Shown: positions 45,956-56,147 of the stretch, in pieces
Layout: every line of letters begins with the position of its first letter
Numbering within the stretch: the first letter of the stretch is position 1
Source of the DNA: Dehalococcoidia bacterium
Lineage (GTDB): Bacteria > Chloroflexota > Dehalococcoidia > Lucifugimonadales > QGNO01
Reading direction: 5' to 3'
Length of the DNA: 64,000 nucleotides
Assembly: GCA_965220545.1 (NCBI GenBank)
Contig: CBDCQF010000009.1
Coordinates: 84,660-148,659 of the forward strand
The notes under the pieces: model-generated
What the model saw: the letters and a program-made list of their open reading frames with translations, nothing else
Told to the model about the DNA's origin: nothing
Database searches by the model: none
Translations under genes and position numbers: made by a program

Positions 45956-48697
45956 ATGGTTAGCCAGGACCCATTTGAGGCACGCGATATCCTGAGCACG
46001 TCTTTGGGAGATATTGCCTACTACCGGTTAGACGCGTTGCAGACCAAACATAACGTTGCTCTGGACCGTCTGCCGGTATCCATCCGTATCCTTCTTGAAA
46101 ACGTTCTCCGTAATGTGGACGGTGAGATCATCACCGACAAAGATGTACTCACAATTACAGAGTGGAACCCGGACAGCTTACCTCCAAAGGAGATACCCTT
46201 CATGCCCTCCAGGGTGCTCTTGCAGGACTTTACCGGCGTTCCCGTTTTTGTAGATCTAGCCAGTATGCGGTCGGCGGTGCAGCGCATGGGCGGGGATCCT
46301 AACCGGATAAACCCTCTTGTACCCGTAGACCTGGTCATAGACCACTCGGTACAGGTCGACTACTTTGGCAGCCGTGATGCATTCGGACTTAACTTGAAGC
46401 GGGAATTCGAAAGGAACCAGGAGAGGTACTCTCTGCTCAGATGGGCACAGCAAGCCTTTCAAAACACGCGCGTTCTGCCGCCGGGTATTGGCATTGTCCA
46501 TCAAGTAAACCTGGAATATCTGGCTGATGTAGTTTCTATCAAAGAAACCCAGGATGGCCCCGTAGCTTTTCCCGACACTTTGGTAGGCACCGATTCCCAC
46601 ACAACCATGGTGAACGGCCTGGGTGTACTCGGCTGGGGAGTCGGCGGCATAGAAGCCGAAGCCGTTATGGTGGGACAGCCTTACTATATGCTGCTTCCGG
46701 AGGTCATTGGCTTCAAGCTAACCGGAGAGCTAAGTGAAGGAGTAACCGCCACTGACCTTGTCCTCACCGTGACTGAGATGCTGAGGAAGAAAGGTGTAGT
46801 GGCGAAGATAGTCGAATTCTACGGTACTGGGCTATCCAAGCTTCCCCTACCCGACCGCGCCACTATATCCAATATGTCGCCGGAGTTTGGCGCCACTGCC
46901 GCCATTTTCCCCGTAGACCAAGAGACGCTAACCTACCTTGCCGGCACCGGTCGTGACCCGGCCAAAGTAGAGATGGTCAAGGAATACCACCAGGCACAGG
47001 GATTGTTCCGTACCGATGACAGCCCTGAACCCGAGTTTACGGACACTTTGACCCTCGACCTGGGCGATATAGAGTCCAGCCTTGCCGGGCCGCGCCGTCC
47101 TCAAGACCGCGTATCTCTGGGAGACATGAAGCGTTCCTTTAGCGTGGCTCTTGGTGAGATCTACGGCAATCCAAGGTCGGCTGCAGCGGAAGCGCAGGCT
47201 GCTCCGGCAGCCACTGCGGTAGCGGAACCCGAAGGGTTCAAAGTCACGTTGGACAGCGGCGAAGACGTCATGCTGGATCACGGCGCCGTGGTCATTTCGG
47301 CCATAACCAGCTGTACCAACACGTCCAATCCCTCGGTGATGGTAGGCGCCGGGTTGCTCGCAAAAAGAGCTTCAGAGCATGGCTTGGCAGCCAAGCCATG
47401 GGTGAAGACAAGCATGGCGCCCGGTTCCAAGGTCGTCACCGACTACCTGGAGGCCGCCGGGTTGACTTCCTACTTGGAAGAGCTTGGCTTCTATACCGTA
47501 GGTTACGGTTGCACCACCTGCATAGGGAACAGCGGGCCGCTGCCGGAGCCGGTTGCGCAAGCGGTGTCGGAGCACAACATCATCTCAGCTGCCGTTCTCA
47601 GCGGAAATCGCAACTTTGAAGCGCGTGTCCACCCTCAAGTTAAGGCCAACTTCCTAGCCTCACCCATGCTGGTCGTTGCCTACGCCATTGCCGGTACTGT
47701 GGATGTCGACCTCACCAATGAACCCCTGGGCCAGGGAGCTGATGGAGGAGACATCTACCTGAGAGACATCTGGCCTTCCCAGGAGGAGATCAAGCAGACC
47801 GTCAATAGCTGCTTGAATCCGGAAACATATCGCCACGAGTACAGCACGGCGATGCAAGGAGACGAACAATGGGCAAGCCTGCCGATTCCTGACGGAGAGC
47901 TGTACGAATGGGACGCAGACTCCACGTACATCCAGGAGTTGCCCATATTCCACGATTTGCCTGTTGAGCCTGAGCCGCTGCAAGACATCGCTGAAGCGCG
48001 GGTGCTGGCGGTCTTGGGTGATTCCATAACCACAGACCACATATCTCCTGCGGGTTCTATTTCATCGCAAAGCCCCGCCGGAGAGTACCTCCTGGCGCAT
48101 GAAGTACCCCAGCGCGACTTCAATACCTATGGCGCCCGCCGCGGCAACCATGAAGTATTGATCAGAGGCACCTTCGCCAACGTAAGGATGCGCAACGCCA
48201 TGGCCCCGGACACGGAGGGAGGCTGGACGGTACATCTCCCTGAGAAGGAGCAAATGACCATCTTTGATGCTTCAGTCCGCTACCTGGAGGACGGCGTGCC
48301 TTTGCTTGTCCTGGCCGGTAAAGAATACGGCTCCGGCAGTTCCCGGGATTGGGCCGCCAAGGGTCCATACCTAATGGGAGTGAAGGCCGTTATTGCCGAG
48401 AGCTACGAGCGCATACATCGCAGTAACCTCATTGGCATGGGGGTCCTGCCCTTGCAATTCATGGATGGCGAAAACCGTGATTCACTGGGACTTACCGGCT
48501 TCGAGACCTTTGACGTTTCCGGTATAGCCGAAGGACTGGCTCCAGGAAAGGTAATAGACGTGTCCGCCAGACGGGATGACGGGAGTGAAGTTAACTTCAA
48601 GGCAATAGCACGCATAGATACGCCAATTGAAGTCGAGTACTACCGACATGGAGGCGTTTTGCAGTACGTTTTGCGACAGATGCTAAAGACGACTTGA
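45956..48697 (+). CDS. acnA: Aconitate hydratase A
   Basis: 913 aa from ATG 45956 (GGGAGGGA SD); IDHSVQVD, GTDSHTT, CTNTSNP, GCTTCIGNSG, SGNRNFEGR-like motifs. Confidence 0.95.
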   Translation: MVSQDPFEARDILSTSLGDIAYYRLDALQTKHNVALDRLPVSIRILLENVLRNVDGEIITDKDVLTITEWNPDSLPPKEIPFMPSRVLLQDFTGVPVFVDLASMRSAVQRMGGDPNRINPLVPVDLVIDHSVQVDYFGSRDAFGLNLKREFERNQERYSLLRWAQQAFQNTRVLPPGIGIVHQVNLEYLADVVSIKETQDGPVAFPDTLVGTDSHTTMVNGLGVLGWGVGGIEAEAVMVGQPYYMLLPEVIGFKLTGELSEGVTATDLVLTVTEMLRKKGVVAKIVEFYGTGLSKLPLPDRATISNMSPEFGATAAIFPVDQETLTYLAGTGRDPAKVEMVKEYHQAQGLFRTDDSPEPEFTDTLTLDLGDIESSLAGPRRPQDRVSLGDMKRSFSVALGEIYGNPRSAAAEAQAAPAATAVAEPEGFKVTLDSGEDVMLDHGAVVISAITSCTNTSNPSVMVGAGLLAKRASEHGLAAKPWVKTSMAPGSKVVTDYLEAAGLTSYLEELGFYTVGYGCTTCIGNSGPLPEPVAQAVSEHNIISAAVLSGNRNFEARVHPQVKANFLASPMLVVAYAIAGTVDVDLTNEPLGQGADGGDIYLRDIWPSQEEIKQTVNSCLNPETYRHEYSTAMQGDEQWASLPIPDGELYEWDADSTYIQELPIFHDLPVEPEPLQDIAEARVLAVLGDSITTDHISPAGSISSQSPAGEYLLAHEVPQRDFNTYGARRGNHEVLIRGTFANVRMRNAMAPDTEGGWTVHLPEKEQMTIFDASVRYLEDGVPLLVLAGKEYGSGSSRDWAAKGPYLMGVKAVIAESYERIHRSNLIGMGVLPLQFMDGENRDSLGLTGFETFDVSGIAEGLAPGKVIDVSARRDDGSEVNFKAIARIDTPIEVEYYRHGGVLQYVLRQMLKTT

Positions 48698-48756
48698 ACG
48701 GCGTCTGCTAGAATTCCTGGGTACGCTAGGACGTTAGAGGGGGTACACACCTATAT

Positions 48757-49383
48757 ATGTTTAGTGCATCAGTTTTTCCTGAACTGGCGCTATCGATACT
48801 GGCGGCTTATCTCATTGGCTCTATACCAATAGCCGCATTGGTCAGCCGCATTCGCGGGGTGGACATCTTCTCCACGGGGACCGGACTGGCGGGCGCAGCC
48901 AACGTATTGCGAAACGTTGGCTATATCGCAGGCTTGGTAGTTTTTACTGGAGACGCCTTGAAGGGCATACTGGCCATAGTCGTGGCTTCATGGCTGGGCA
49001 TAAGTGGAGAGGCTATACTGATTCCTGCATTTGCTACTCTGGCTGGCCATTGGAAGCCGTTCTTAACAAAGTTCCGCGGCGGCGACGGTCTGTCCCCCCT
49101 GGTAGGCATCACAATAGCCGTGATACCGTTGTTCGGATTGCTCGCCGTTGTAACCGGCGGCGCGGTAGCGGGCATTGCCAATCTCGCCGGCAGACATGCC
49201 TCTGTTTGGGGTGGCATAGCAGGCTACGGTTTCTTGTTGGTACAGACCCCCTTCACGCCGGTTGATATTGCCATGGTCTTGGGCATTGTGGCCCTTGCGC
49301 TCATGGTCATGACACATGGAATAATCGGACACCGTCGCCGGGCCGGAGGTCAGGAATCGCAGGAAGCACTGATCGAATCGTAG
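48757..49383 (+). CDS. plsY: Glycerol-3-phosphate acyltransferase PlsY
   Basis: AYLIGSIP..., GTGLAGAANV, GHWKPFL..F.GG.G motifs. Confidence 0.85.
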   Translation: MFSASVFPELALSILAAYLIGSIPIAALVSRIRGVDIFSTGTGLAGAANVLRNVGYIAGLVVFTGDALKGILAIVVASWLGISGEAILIPAFATLAGHWKPFLTKFRGGDGLSPLVGITIAVIPLFGLLAVVTGGAVAGIANLAGRHASVWGGIAGYGFLLVQTPFTPVDIAMVLGIVALALMVMTHGIIGHRRRAGGQESQEALIES

Positions 49384-49390
49384 CCCGTTG

Positions 49391-49467
49391 TGGTCGGGGT
49401 GCCCGGACTTGAACCGGGGGCCTCTGCGTCCCAAACGCAGCGCTCTGCCAAACTGAGCTACACCCCG
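49391..49467 (-). tRNA. tRNA-Pro (anticodon UGG), CCA encoded
   Basis: Manual cloverleaf: acceptor CGGGGTG/CACCCCG, D arm GCTC..GAGC, anticodon stem CTGCG/CGCAG with loop TTTGGGA, T arm CCCGG-TTCAAGT-CCGGG, discriminator A, CCA. Confidence 0.9.
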
Positions 49468-49559
49468 CTGAGTTATCCTATGGTCACAGCGGACTTTGGG
49501 TCAATGGCACGGCGGCTTACTAATAGAATACATCTTTTGAGAAACCCTAGGGGAGGCTA

Positions 49560-51893
49560 ATGGCTGCAATATCTCTAACAAGTGATGTTTTGACTTCGGC
49601 TCTTCCCGACACCTCGTCATCGCTGACTCTACCGGGAATGCACTCAGCGGCTGAGATCATCCGTGACAGATTCGGCATCCCCCACGTCAAGGCGGCATCA
49701 AGCTGGGACGCCTTCTTTGCCCAGGGCTTTGTGACCGCCCAGGACCGGCTTTGGCATATGGACTTGGACAAGCACAGGGCTTATGGTCGCTGGGCCGAAT
49801 TTGCCGGGCCGCCGGGCTTGGAGCAGGACTTGATGATGCGGCGCTTCCGGCTCGGAGAAAGCGCTCAAGCGGACTACAACGCTATCGATCAATCCAGCCG
49901 CAGTATGCTGGAAGCCTACTCCGCGGGCGTGAACGCCTTCATCTCAACCACCGCTGCCCTGCCAGTGGAGTACGCCCTAGTAGGGGCCGCTCCCGAACCG
50001 TGGCAGCCCTGGGACTCGCTGGCCGTCCTCAAACTACGCCACATCTTCATGGGCACCTTTGAATCTAAGACCTGGCGCGCCAAACTGGTCAACTCCCTGG
50101 GGCCTGAGAAAGCCGCCGCCCTCATGCCAGGCTATCAGAAAGGACATCTCCTGATCCTGCCTCCCGGCGCCGAATACCTGGGAGACCAGACAGACGTGCT
50201 GGAAGAGCTGAGCAAAGGCGCTGATGCCGCCTACTGGCTTCAAGAACACGACGCCGGCAGCAACAACTGGGTCGTATCCGGTAGCAGGACGGCGTCTGGA
50301 AAGCCCCTGCTAGCAGGCGACCCCCACCGCGCCCTGGACACACCCAACGTCTATTACCAGAACCACATATCCTGTCCGGACTTCGACGGCATCGGGCTCT
50401 CCTTCCCAGGAGTGCCCGGCTTCCCCCACTTTGGCCACAACCGGCACGTTGCCTGGTGCGTTACCCATACCGGCGCCGATTACCAGGACCTATTCGTGGA
50501 GAGGTTTGAAGAGGGTGACCCAACCAAGTACGAGTTCCAAGGCCGCTGGCTGGACGCCGAAGTGCATAAAGAGACCATCCAGGTTCGCGGCGCCGACCCT
50601 GTTGAAATCAACGTAACGGTTACGCACCACGGGCCCGTCATAGCCGGCGACCCGTCCCAAGGCAACGCAATCTCCTTTTCATATAGCGCCACCGCGGGCC
50701 CCAACAACGCCGCCGATGCTCTGCTCGGTATGCTCACCTCCAAGTCTACAGACGAGTTACAGGAGGCCGTGCGTCCCTGGGTAGACCCTTGCAACAACTT
50801 CCTATTCGCGGATGTCCACGGCAACATAGGGTACCGCACCCGCGGCCAGTTACCCATAAGGTCACGCGCCAACGCCTGGCTACCCGTGCCCGGCTGGACT
50901 GGGAAGCACGAGTGGACAGGCACAGTCCCCTTCGAGGAGATGCCATATCTAACAAATCCTGAGCAAGGCTACATCGTCACCGCCAACAACAAGGTAATCG
51001 ACGATTCCTACCCTCACTACATCGCCCTGGACTTCGCTCCCGGGTTCAGAGCCAGCCGGATACACGACAGGCTACACCTGATAGACAAAGCCACTGTGGA
51101 TGACATGGCCTCCGTTCACACGGAAAAGACCTCTATCCCCGGACAGGCCTTCGCCAAGCTGCTGATGGACGTACCCACCCAGGACGAGCTGTCATCCCAG
51201 GCCAGGGACGTACTGATCGGATGGGACGGTGTGGTGCACCAGGACAGCGCAGCCCCCACCATCTATAACGCCTTCCGCGATAATCTAGTCAAGCTGGTCT
51301 TGCAGCCTTACCTCGGCTCATTGGCCATGGATGCCTTCGGCACCCTGGGCAGGGGCGGCCCGGCGCACATTGGACGCCTCAAGTCCAGGTTTCACACCAT
51401 GATTGAAGAGGACGACCGCACCCTCCTTCCGCCCGGTGCCGACTGGCAGTCGCTCATGAGCACGGCGCTTGCTCAGGCCGCGAAGCAGTTGGAGGAGAAG
51501 CTGGGGCCGGACGTGGAGGGATGGCGTTGGAGCAAGCTGCATCGCACCAGGCCTCGTCATCCGCTATCGGCGCTGTTCCCTGAGTCCGCCCGCGTGCTCG
51601 ATCCACCGTCCTTTGCCATGGACGGCGACGCGGATACTCCCCTTGCCGCTTCCTATGCCATGGCAGAGCCGTTCACAGTTATGGGCATGTCCGTAGCAAG
51701 GTACGTCTTTGACCTGAGCGACTGGGACAACTCCCGATGGATAGTGCCCCTCGGCTCGTCCGGACACCCGGGAAGTCCGCACTATGCAGACCAGGCCGCA
51801 ATATGGGCCAACGTTGACCTGATCCCCATGCTCTACGACTGGACCAGGCTTGAGCAGCAGGCCGAATCCCGTCAGGAGCTGAAGCCGGAATAA
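49560..51893 (+). CDS. Penicillin acylase family (S45 Ntn-hydrolase) protein; possible acyl-homoserine-lactone/beta-lactam acylase
   Basis: 777 aa; autoprocessing-site context DAGSNNWVVSG; GDPH; family-wide similarity. Confidence 0.9.
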   Translation: MAAISLTSDVLTSALPDTSSSLTLPGMHSAAEIIRDRFGIPHVKAASSWDAFFAQGFVTAQDRLWHMDLDKHRAYGRWAEFAGPPGLEQDLMMRRFRLGESAQADYNAIDQSSRSMLEAYSAGVNAFISTTAALPVEYALVGAAPEPWQPWDSLAVLKLRHIFMGTFESKTWRAKLVNSLGPEKAAALMPGYQKGHLLILPPGAEYLGDQTDVLEELSKGADAAYWLQEHDAGSNNWVVSGSRTASGKPLLAGDPHRALDTPNVYYQNHISCPDFDGIGLSFPGVPGFPHFGHNRHVAWCVTHTGADYQDLFVERFEEGDPTKYEFQGRWLDAEVHKETIQVRGADPVEINVTVTHHGPVIAGDPSQGNAISFSYSATAGPNNAADALLGMLTSKSTDELQEAVRPWVDPCNNFLFADVHGNIGYRTRGQLPIRSRANAWLPVPGWTGKHEWTGTVPFEEMPYLTNPEQGYIVTANNKVIDDSYPHYIALDFAPGFRASRIHDRLHLIDKATVDDMASVHTEKTSIPGQAFAKLLMDVPTQDELSSQARDVLIGWDGVVHQDSAAPTIYNAFRDNLVKLVLQPYLGSLAMDAFGTLGRGGPAHIGRLKSRFHTMIEEDDRTLLPPGADWQSLMSTALAQAAKQLEEKLGPDVEGWRWSKLHRTRPRHPLSALFPESARVLDPPSFAMDGDADTPLAASYAMAEPFTVMGMSVARYVFDLSDWDNSRWIVPLGSSGHPGSPHYADQAAIWANVDLIPMLYDWTRLEQQAESRQELKPE

Positions 51894-51912
51894 CCAACCA
51901 AAGGAGTCTACT

Positions 51913-52692
51913 ATGCGTCCCAACAAGATCAAGGCCATGTGGCGAGAGGGCAAACCCGCGGCGGCGGGATGGCTATCCACGGGCAACACCTACCTGGCCG
52001 AGGCCATGGCCCACGCCGGCTACGATGCCGTAATCATAGACATGCAACACGGTATGGCCGTCACCACGGACAAGGCCGTTGCCTGCCTGCAGGCCATCTC
52101 CACCACCGATACCGTTCCCATGGTGCGCCTGCCCTGGAACGACCCCCAGGTCATACAGTTCGTTCTTGACGCCGGCGCATACGGCGTCATTGTTCCCCTG
52201 GTCAACACCTACGAAGACGCCGTTGCCGCGGGACGGGCCTCTCGCTATCCGCCCATCGGCGACAGAAGCTTCGGGGCGAACCGCGCCCGCTTCTATGCCG
52301 GAGCGGACTACGCGGAACATGCCAACGACGAGATCATCGTGCTGGTCATGATCGAGACGCTGCAGTCCATCGACAACCTGGAGGAAATAGCCAAAGCGCC
52401 GGGCATCGACGGCTTCTACATCGGGCCTTCCGACCTGGCCGTCACCATGGGGCTGTCGCCCGGGTCGGACGCCTTCAAGCACCCCGACCACCTGGCGGCC
52501 TGCCAGCGCGTTCTGGACGTGGCGAACGCCACCGGCATGGTGCCCTGTCACCACGGCGTGGGCCCCGCCGACGCCGCCCGGCTCTTTGCCCAAGGGTTCA
52601 AGCTCTCCCAGATAGGCAGCGATATTCTCATGGTTACCAACGGCGCGGCCAGCGCTCTTAAAACGCTGGCAGAGGAACGGGGTAAGGTTTAG
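51913..52692 (+). CDS. HpcH/HpaI family 2-keto-3-deoxy-acid aldolase
   Basis: DAVIIDMQHG, MVRLPWN, GAYGVIVPLV.., RYPPIGDRS motifs. Confidence 0.9.
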   Translation: MRPNKIKAMWREGKPAAAGWLSTGNTYLAEAMAHAGYDAVIIDMQHGMAVTTDKAVACLQAISTTDTVPMVRLPWNDPQVIQFVLDAGAYGVIVPLVNTYEDAVAAGRASRYPPIGDRSFGANRARFYAGADYAEHANDEIIVLVMIETLQSIDNLEEIAKAPGIDGFYIGPSDLAVTMGLSPGSDAFKHPDHLAACQRVLDVANATGMVPCHHGVGPADAARLFAQGFKLSQIGSDILMVTNGAASALKTLAEERGKV

Positions 52693-52720
52693 GGATAGCC
52701 CTACCCTCAGCGGCACAGTC

Positions 52721-54067
52721 TCACACACCCGCGCCCGCCAGCACGGGCGATGCGGCGCGCAGGCCGGCAATCGGGCAGGTTCCGCAGGCCGGGGTTACGC
52801 ATGAGGAGCACCCGCCGCCCGCGTGTGCCACCGGAAGCTCCCGTCCCGGTTTCGTCTTCGCCTTCGCTTTATCGCCGAGGGTGAAGTCCATCTTCAACTG
52901 CCGGGACTGCTCCGGCTTGTAGCCGTTGAATCCCACGAACGCCTTAGCCCTTTTAACCACCACCCCCATGGCCTGCAGGTCTCGCCAGGTGTCAATGCGG
53001 TGCTCTGCCCTGTACTTCACTATTCGCTCCGCGGAAGTCGGCCCCACGCCAGGAACCCTGATGAGCTGTCCGTAACCGGCGTGATTTATGTCGACGATGT
53101 TCCCCCAGAGCTGATCCAGCGCCACCTGCAGCTTGGGGTCCACGTCCATTGAAAGATGGCCCTTGGGGTCGAAGGCGGGCTGCAACTCCTCCGCCGAGTA
53201 ACCGTATATCCTGCTCAGCCAGTCGGTCTGATAGAGGCGGTGCGCCCTCATCATGGGCGTGGCGGGATGCTCCTCCAGCGGAGTGTATCGGGCGGGACGA
53301 AACGGCTGGTAGTAGACTCGCTTGAAGCCCCACTGGCCGTAGAGCTGCGTCATCCGCTGGTATATGTCCCAGTCCGACTCATCGGCGGCGCCAACAACCA
53401 TCTGGGTAGCCTGCCCTACCGCGCCGCCCTTGCCCTCGTCCTTTATCAAGCGGTGTATGGCCGACATCGGGTCCAGGATATGCGACTGGTAGTCCTTCAT
53501 CGTGCTCAGGCGCTCCATGTGGGCATGTGAAGGGGTCTCTATGTTGATCGACAAACGCGTGCCCAGGCGGTAGGCCGCCTCCAGGTACTCCTCCGTTGCG
53601 CCCGGCATGACCTTGAGATGGATGTACCCCTTGAACTTGTAGCGGTTGCGCACAGCGTCTACCACGTCTATCAGCTTGCTCATGGTCTTGTCCGGGCTGC
53701 CCGATATACCGGAGCTGAGGAATAGGCCGTCCACGGTATGTCTGCCGTGCATCTCCATGAACAGCTTGGCCAACTCATCCACTTTGAACCCGTACCGCCT
53801 GCGGGGCACCCAGGTGCTGTTGGGACAGTAGAAGCAGTCGTATTTGCAGACGTCGGTGAACATGACCCGCATCAGGGAGATGGTCTTGCCGCCGGGCATG
53901 ATCGCCTTGTAGACTCCCGCCGGCATGTCGCGGTTTCTGGACTGGGAGTAAGCATTCCTGGGCATGTTGAAGCGGCGCGCCGCATCCTCCGATAGCACGT
54001 CGTCCCCTGCCATCCCTCCCAGCAGCCGCAGCTTGTCATAAGCGTCCGGTGCAGTCCTAACCAGCAT
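52721..54067 (-). CDS. Putative DNA modification/repair radical SAM protein with helix-hairpin-helix region
   Basis: CKYDCFYCPN (CxxxCxxC), C-terminal LIRVPGVGPTSAERIV HhH; resembles the TIGR03916-type family (from memory). Confidence 0.8.
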   Translation of the reverse strand: MLVRTAPDAYDKLRLLGGMAGDDVLSEDAARRFNMPRNAYSQSRNRDMPAGVYKAIMPGGKTISLMRVMFTDVCKYDCFYCPNSTWVPRRRYGFKVDELAKLFMEMHGRHTVDGLFLSSGISGSPDKTMSKLIDVVDAVRNRYKFKGYIHLKVMPGATEEYLEAAYRLGTRLSINIETPSHAHMERLSTMKDYQSHILDPMSAIHRLIKDEGKGGAVGQATQMVVGAADESDWDIYQRMTQLYGQWGFKRVYYQPFRPARYTPLEEHPATPMMRAHRLYQTDWLSRIYGYSAEELQPAFDPKGHLSMDVDPKLQVALDQLWGNIVDINHAGYGQLIRVPGVGPTSAERIVKYRAEHRIDTWRDLQAMGVVVKRAKAFVGFNGYKPEQSRQLKMDFTLGDKAKAKTKPGRELPVAHAGGGCSSCVTPACGTCPIAGLRAASPVLAGAGV

Positions 54068-54083
54068 AATGACCTCCTGAAAA

Positions 54084-54097
54084 AGAACTAGTGTTCT
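54084..54097 (-). promoter_or_regulatory. LexA (Cheo-box type) operator candidate
   Basis: Perfect palindrome AGAAC-TAGT-GTTCT (GAAC-N4-GTTC) 17-30 nt upstream of the radical SAM start codon. Confidence 0.5.
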
Positions 54098-54389
54098 ATT
54101 TCATAGGAAGTATGCAAAGCTTGTCAAGGGGTCTTTGACGTGCCACAGGACTGGGGGCCGGTTGATGGTTGATAACTTGACATAAGTCGATTTTGGTATG
54201 TCGTAAAACGACATGTTAGGCGTGAGAAAGTGTGCAACGGCGGAGTTGTGTCGTGCCTGAGAAGGGGATTCGTTTTAACATTATGTAAAGAGCTGCAAGG
54301 CTAAACGAGGACCATTTTGTTGAAAATATGGGAAACAATTCCAAATGTTGGCAAGGATGGGGTGATTTTCGTCCGGAGAGGCGCGGCCC

Positions 54390-54945
54390 TCCGCCCAACC
54401 CCTGGATTCCCGATCGGGGTCGGGAATGACGTTGGAGGTTGGCGCGGGAATGACGAAAGGGTCCAGCCCCTAGATTCCCGATCAAGCCGGGAATGACTGG
54501 TGAGTAGGTGGACAGGCGGAAATTTGCGGGTAGGGTCCATGGGTCAAGGGTAGCGGGCGCGGAGGGGTGTGGGGAAGGGGGAGATGTCAGGGGGGTCACC
54601 TCCATCCCCACATCAAGTGCGGGGCAGGCTCTAACCTTCCCCCATCGAGGGGGAAGGGAGTTTGCAGGCGGGCTAGGCGGGCGACCTCCCCCGCCACCCC
54701 TGGATGCCCCCCTACGCGGGCAAGACGGGAGTAAGGCGGGTGGGGCACGGGAATGACGGGTGTGTTTTGCAAGCGGGAGGCTTGAGATGCTTCGTCGGCG
54801 GGAGGTGGTTCTAGTGAGGACGTTGTGCAACCGACTCCTCAGCATGACAAGTGGGGGTGTGTGCGTGGATTCCGCCTGCGCGGCAATGACCCCTCGGCTA
54901 GGCGCAAGGTGAACTCCAGTCTCAGGGCGAGCGGTATGACAACGG
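54390..54945. repeat. Long intergenic repeat mosaic (reverse-oriented C x4-5, E, D modules)
   Basis: ccctggattcccgatcggggtcgggaatgacg; cccctagattcccgatcaagccgggaatgac; ccttcccccatcgagggggaaggg; ctcagggcgagcgg. Confidence 0.85.
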
Positions 54946-55006
54946 CATTAAAGCTGATGCAGTGAGCCTATATGGTCTAACATAGAGCAAAAAGAGGGAT
55001 TTGAAT

Positions 55007-55546
55007 ATGAAACCTATCGAAGCAATTGTTTTCAACTACAAACGGACTCATGAACTCGCCATAGGTGCGGTCAGCGAGCTATCCGACAACCAGCTCAAGT
55101 GGCGCCCCAACCTGACTGCGCCATCCATTGGCTTCCATATCTGGCACATGGCGCGATGGGCCGATGACCTCGTCGAGACTATCAAGGGCCCAGGAAGCCA
55201 GATATGGCAAAGAGCAGGAGTTGCTGAGACCTGGGGCCTGAGTCCGAGCAATTTAGGCCAAGCGGAGACGGGCGCAGGTATGGACGACGATATGTCAGCG
55301 AACCTGGGGTTGCCTGCAAAAGACGAGATACTGGACTATGTCCGGAGAGCATTTACGGCGGCAAATGAAGCCGTGTCTTCCATTAGCGAAAGCTCTTTCC
55401 AAAGGTCTAGCTATTCAAGAGGCCACGGAGAAGAGCAGCCCCTCGGCGACGTAGTGGTAAGAGCAGTCACTCATAACAACCGCCACCTGGGAATGATGGA
55501 AGCCCTCAGAGGCTTGCTGGGTATGCCAGGCACAGCGACCAGGTGA
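55007..55546 (+). CDS. DinB/YfiT-like (DinB_2) four-helix-bundle metalloprotein
   Basis: LKWRPN...SIGFHIWHMARWADDL...HNNRHLGMMEALRG His-triad pattern; ATG at 55007 after an AGAGGGA SD. Confidence 0.75.
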   Translation: MKPIEAIVFNYKRTHELAIGAVSELSDNQLKWRPNLTAPSIGFHIWHMARWADDLVETIKGPGSQIWQRAGVAETWGLSPSNLGQAETGAGMDDDMSANLGLPAKDEILDYVRRAFTAANEAVSSISESSFQRSSYSRGHGEEQPLGDVVVRAVTHNNRHLGMMEALRGLLGMPGTATR

Positions 55547-55555
55547 CTCCGGAAG

Positions 55556-55915
55556 CTACGCCGCTTCCACATCGCTGAGGTCAGCCAGGAGCAGGTACGG
55601 TTCGCCCCACTGGCTGTCATCGTCCAGGCTCCATTCGCCGACGTGGTCAGGCGGCATCAGTCGCAGGCCGTAGTCGCCACCGTGCACCAGAAACGAGAAC
55701 CCTGAGCCTGAATCACCGACTTTGGCGCAGAGCGCCTCGCAGGGGGAGCCGTCCTCATCGCTGCACCAGCCGGTGACCAGGCACCAGCCGTAGGAGCCAT
55801 CCGGCCGCTCCACCCTAACGCGGGACACTGGCCACGGCTCTTCCATAGCTTCAAAGACCTGCTGGGGATGGTAGTCGCAGTTCGGGCTGGGTTCCACTTC
55901 CACGGTTATAATCAT
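55556..55915 (-). CDS. Hypothetical protein (119 aa)
   Basis: ATG directly abuts the upstream stop (TAGATG); third gene of the amidase transcription unit. Confidence 0.5.
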   Translation of the reverse strand: MIITVEVEPSPNCDYHPQQVFEAMEEPWPVSRVRVERPDGSYGWCLVTGWCSDEDGSPCEALCAKVGDSGSGFSFLVHGGDYGLRLMPPDHVGEWSLDDDSQWGEPYLLLADLSDVEAA

Positions 55916-56140
55916 CTAGCTGCCCAGCACCGCCTTGAGCTGATTATCAAGCGTGGGCAGCCAGCGCTCAAGAGACGTGGTCAGTGGAACCGTGATCTCA
56001 ATCATACCGGCTTCGCCTTTCCTCACGGAGCCGGGGTCCTCCTTGGCCAGGTCAACCCGTATTTGCTCACGGTCGATTCCATAGCCATCGGTAACCTCAA
56101 AGATGAGGCCCATATCGGACATGGAGATGATGTCTTCCAT
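55916..56140 (-). CDS. Hypothetical small protein (74 aa)
   Basis: First Met not overlapping the amidase; 7 nt after the amidase stop; no clear SD. Confidence 0.4.
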   Translation of the reverse strand: MEDIISMSDMGLIFEVTDGYGIDREQIRVDLAKEDPGSVRKGEAGMIEITVPLTTSLERWLPTLDNQLKAVLGS

Positions 56141-56147
56141 GACAGGA

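Noticed and set aside
49384-49559. tRNA-Pro as an integration site for a genomic island
   Set aside because: No integrase, no direct repeat of the tRNA 3' end and no compositional shift were seen on either side. The flanking genes (plsY, penicillin-acylase family) look like core genes.
54216-54845. ORFs lying in repeat mosaics (54216-54845, 19397-19768, 19435-19731, 27587-27881, 18178-18501, 21838-22223, 13744-14130, 12429-12699, 16660-16962, 40461-41057)
   Set aside because: Their sequences are translations of the A-F repeat modules (peptides such as PAQAGTQ, RLHGNDG, LPVCPFAR, SPLKGEE). The same peptide fragments recur wherever a module occurs, in whatever frame, so they are not genes.
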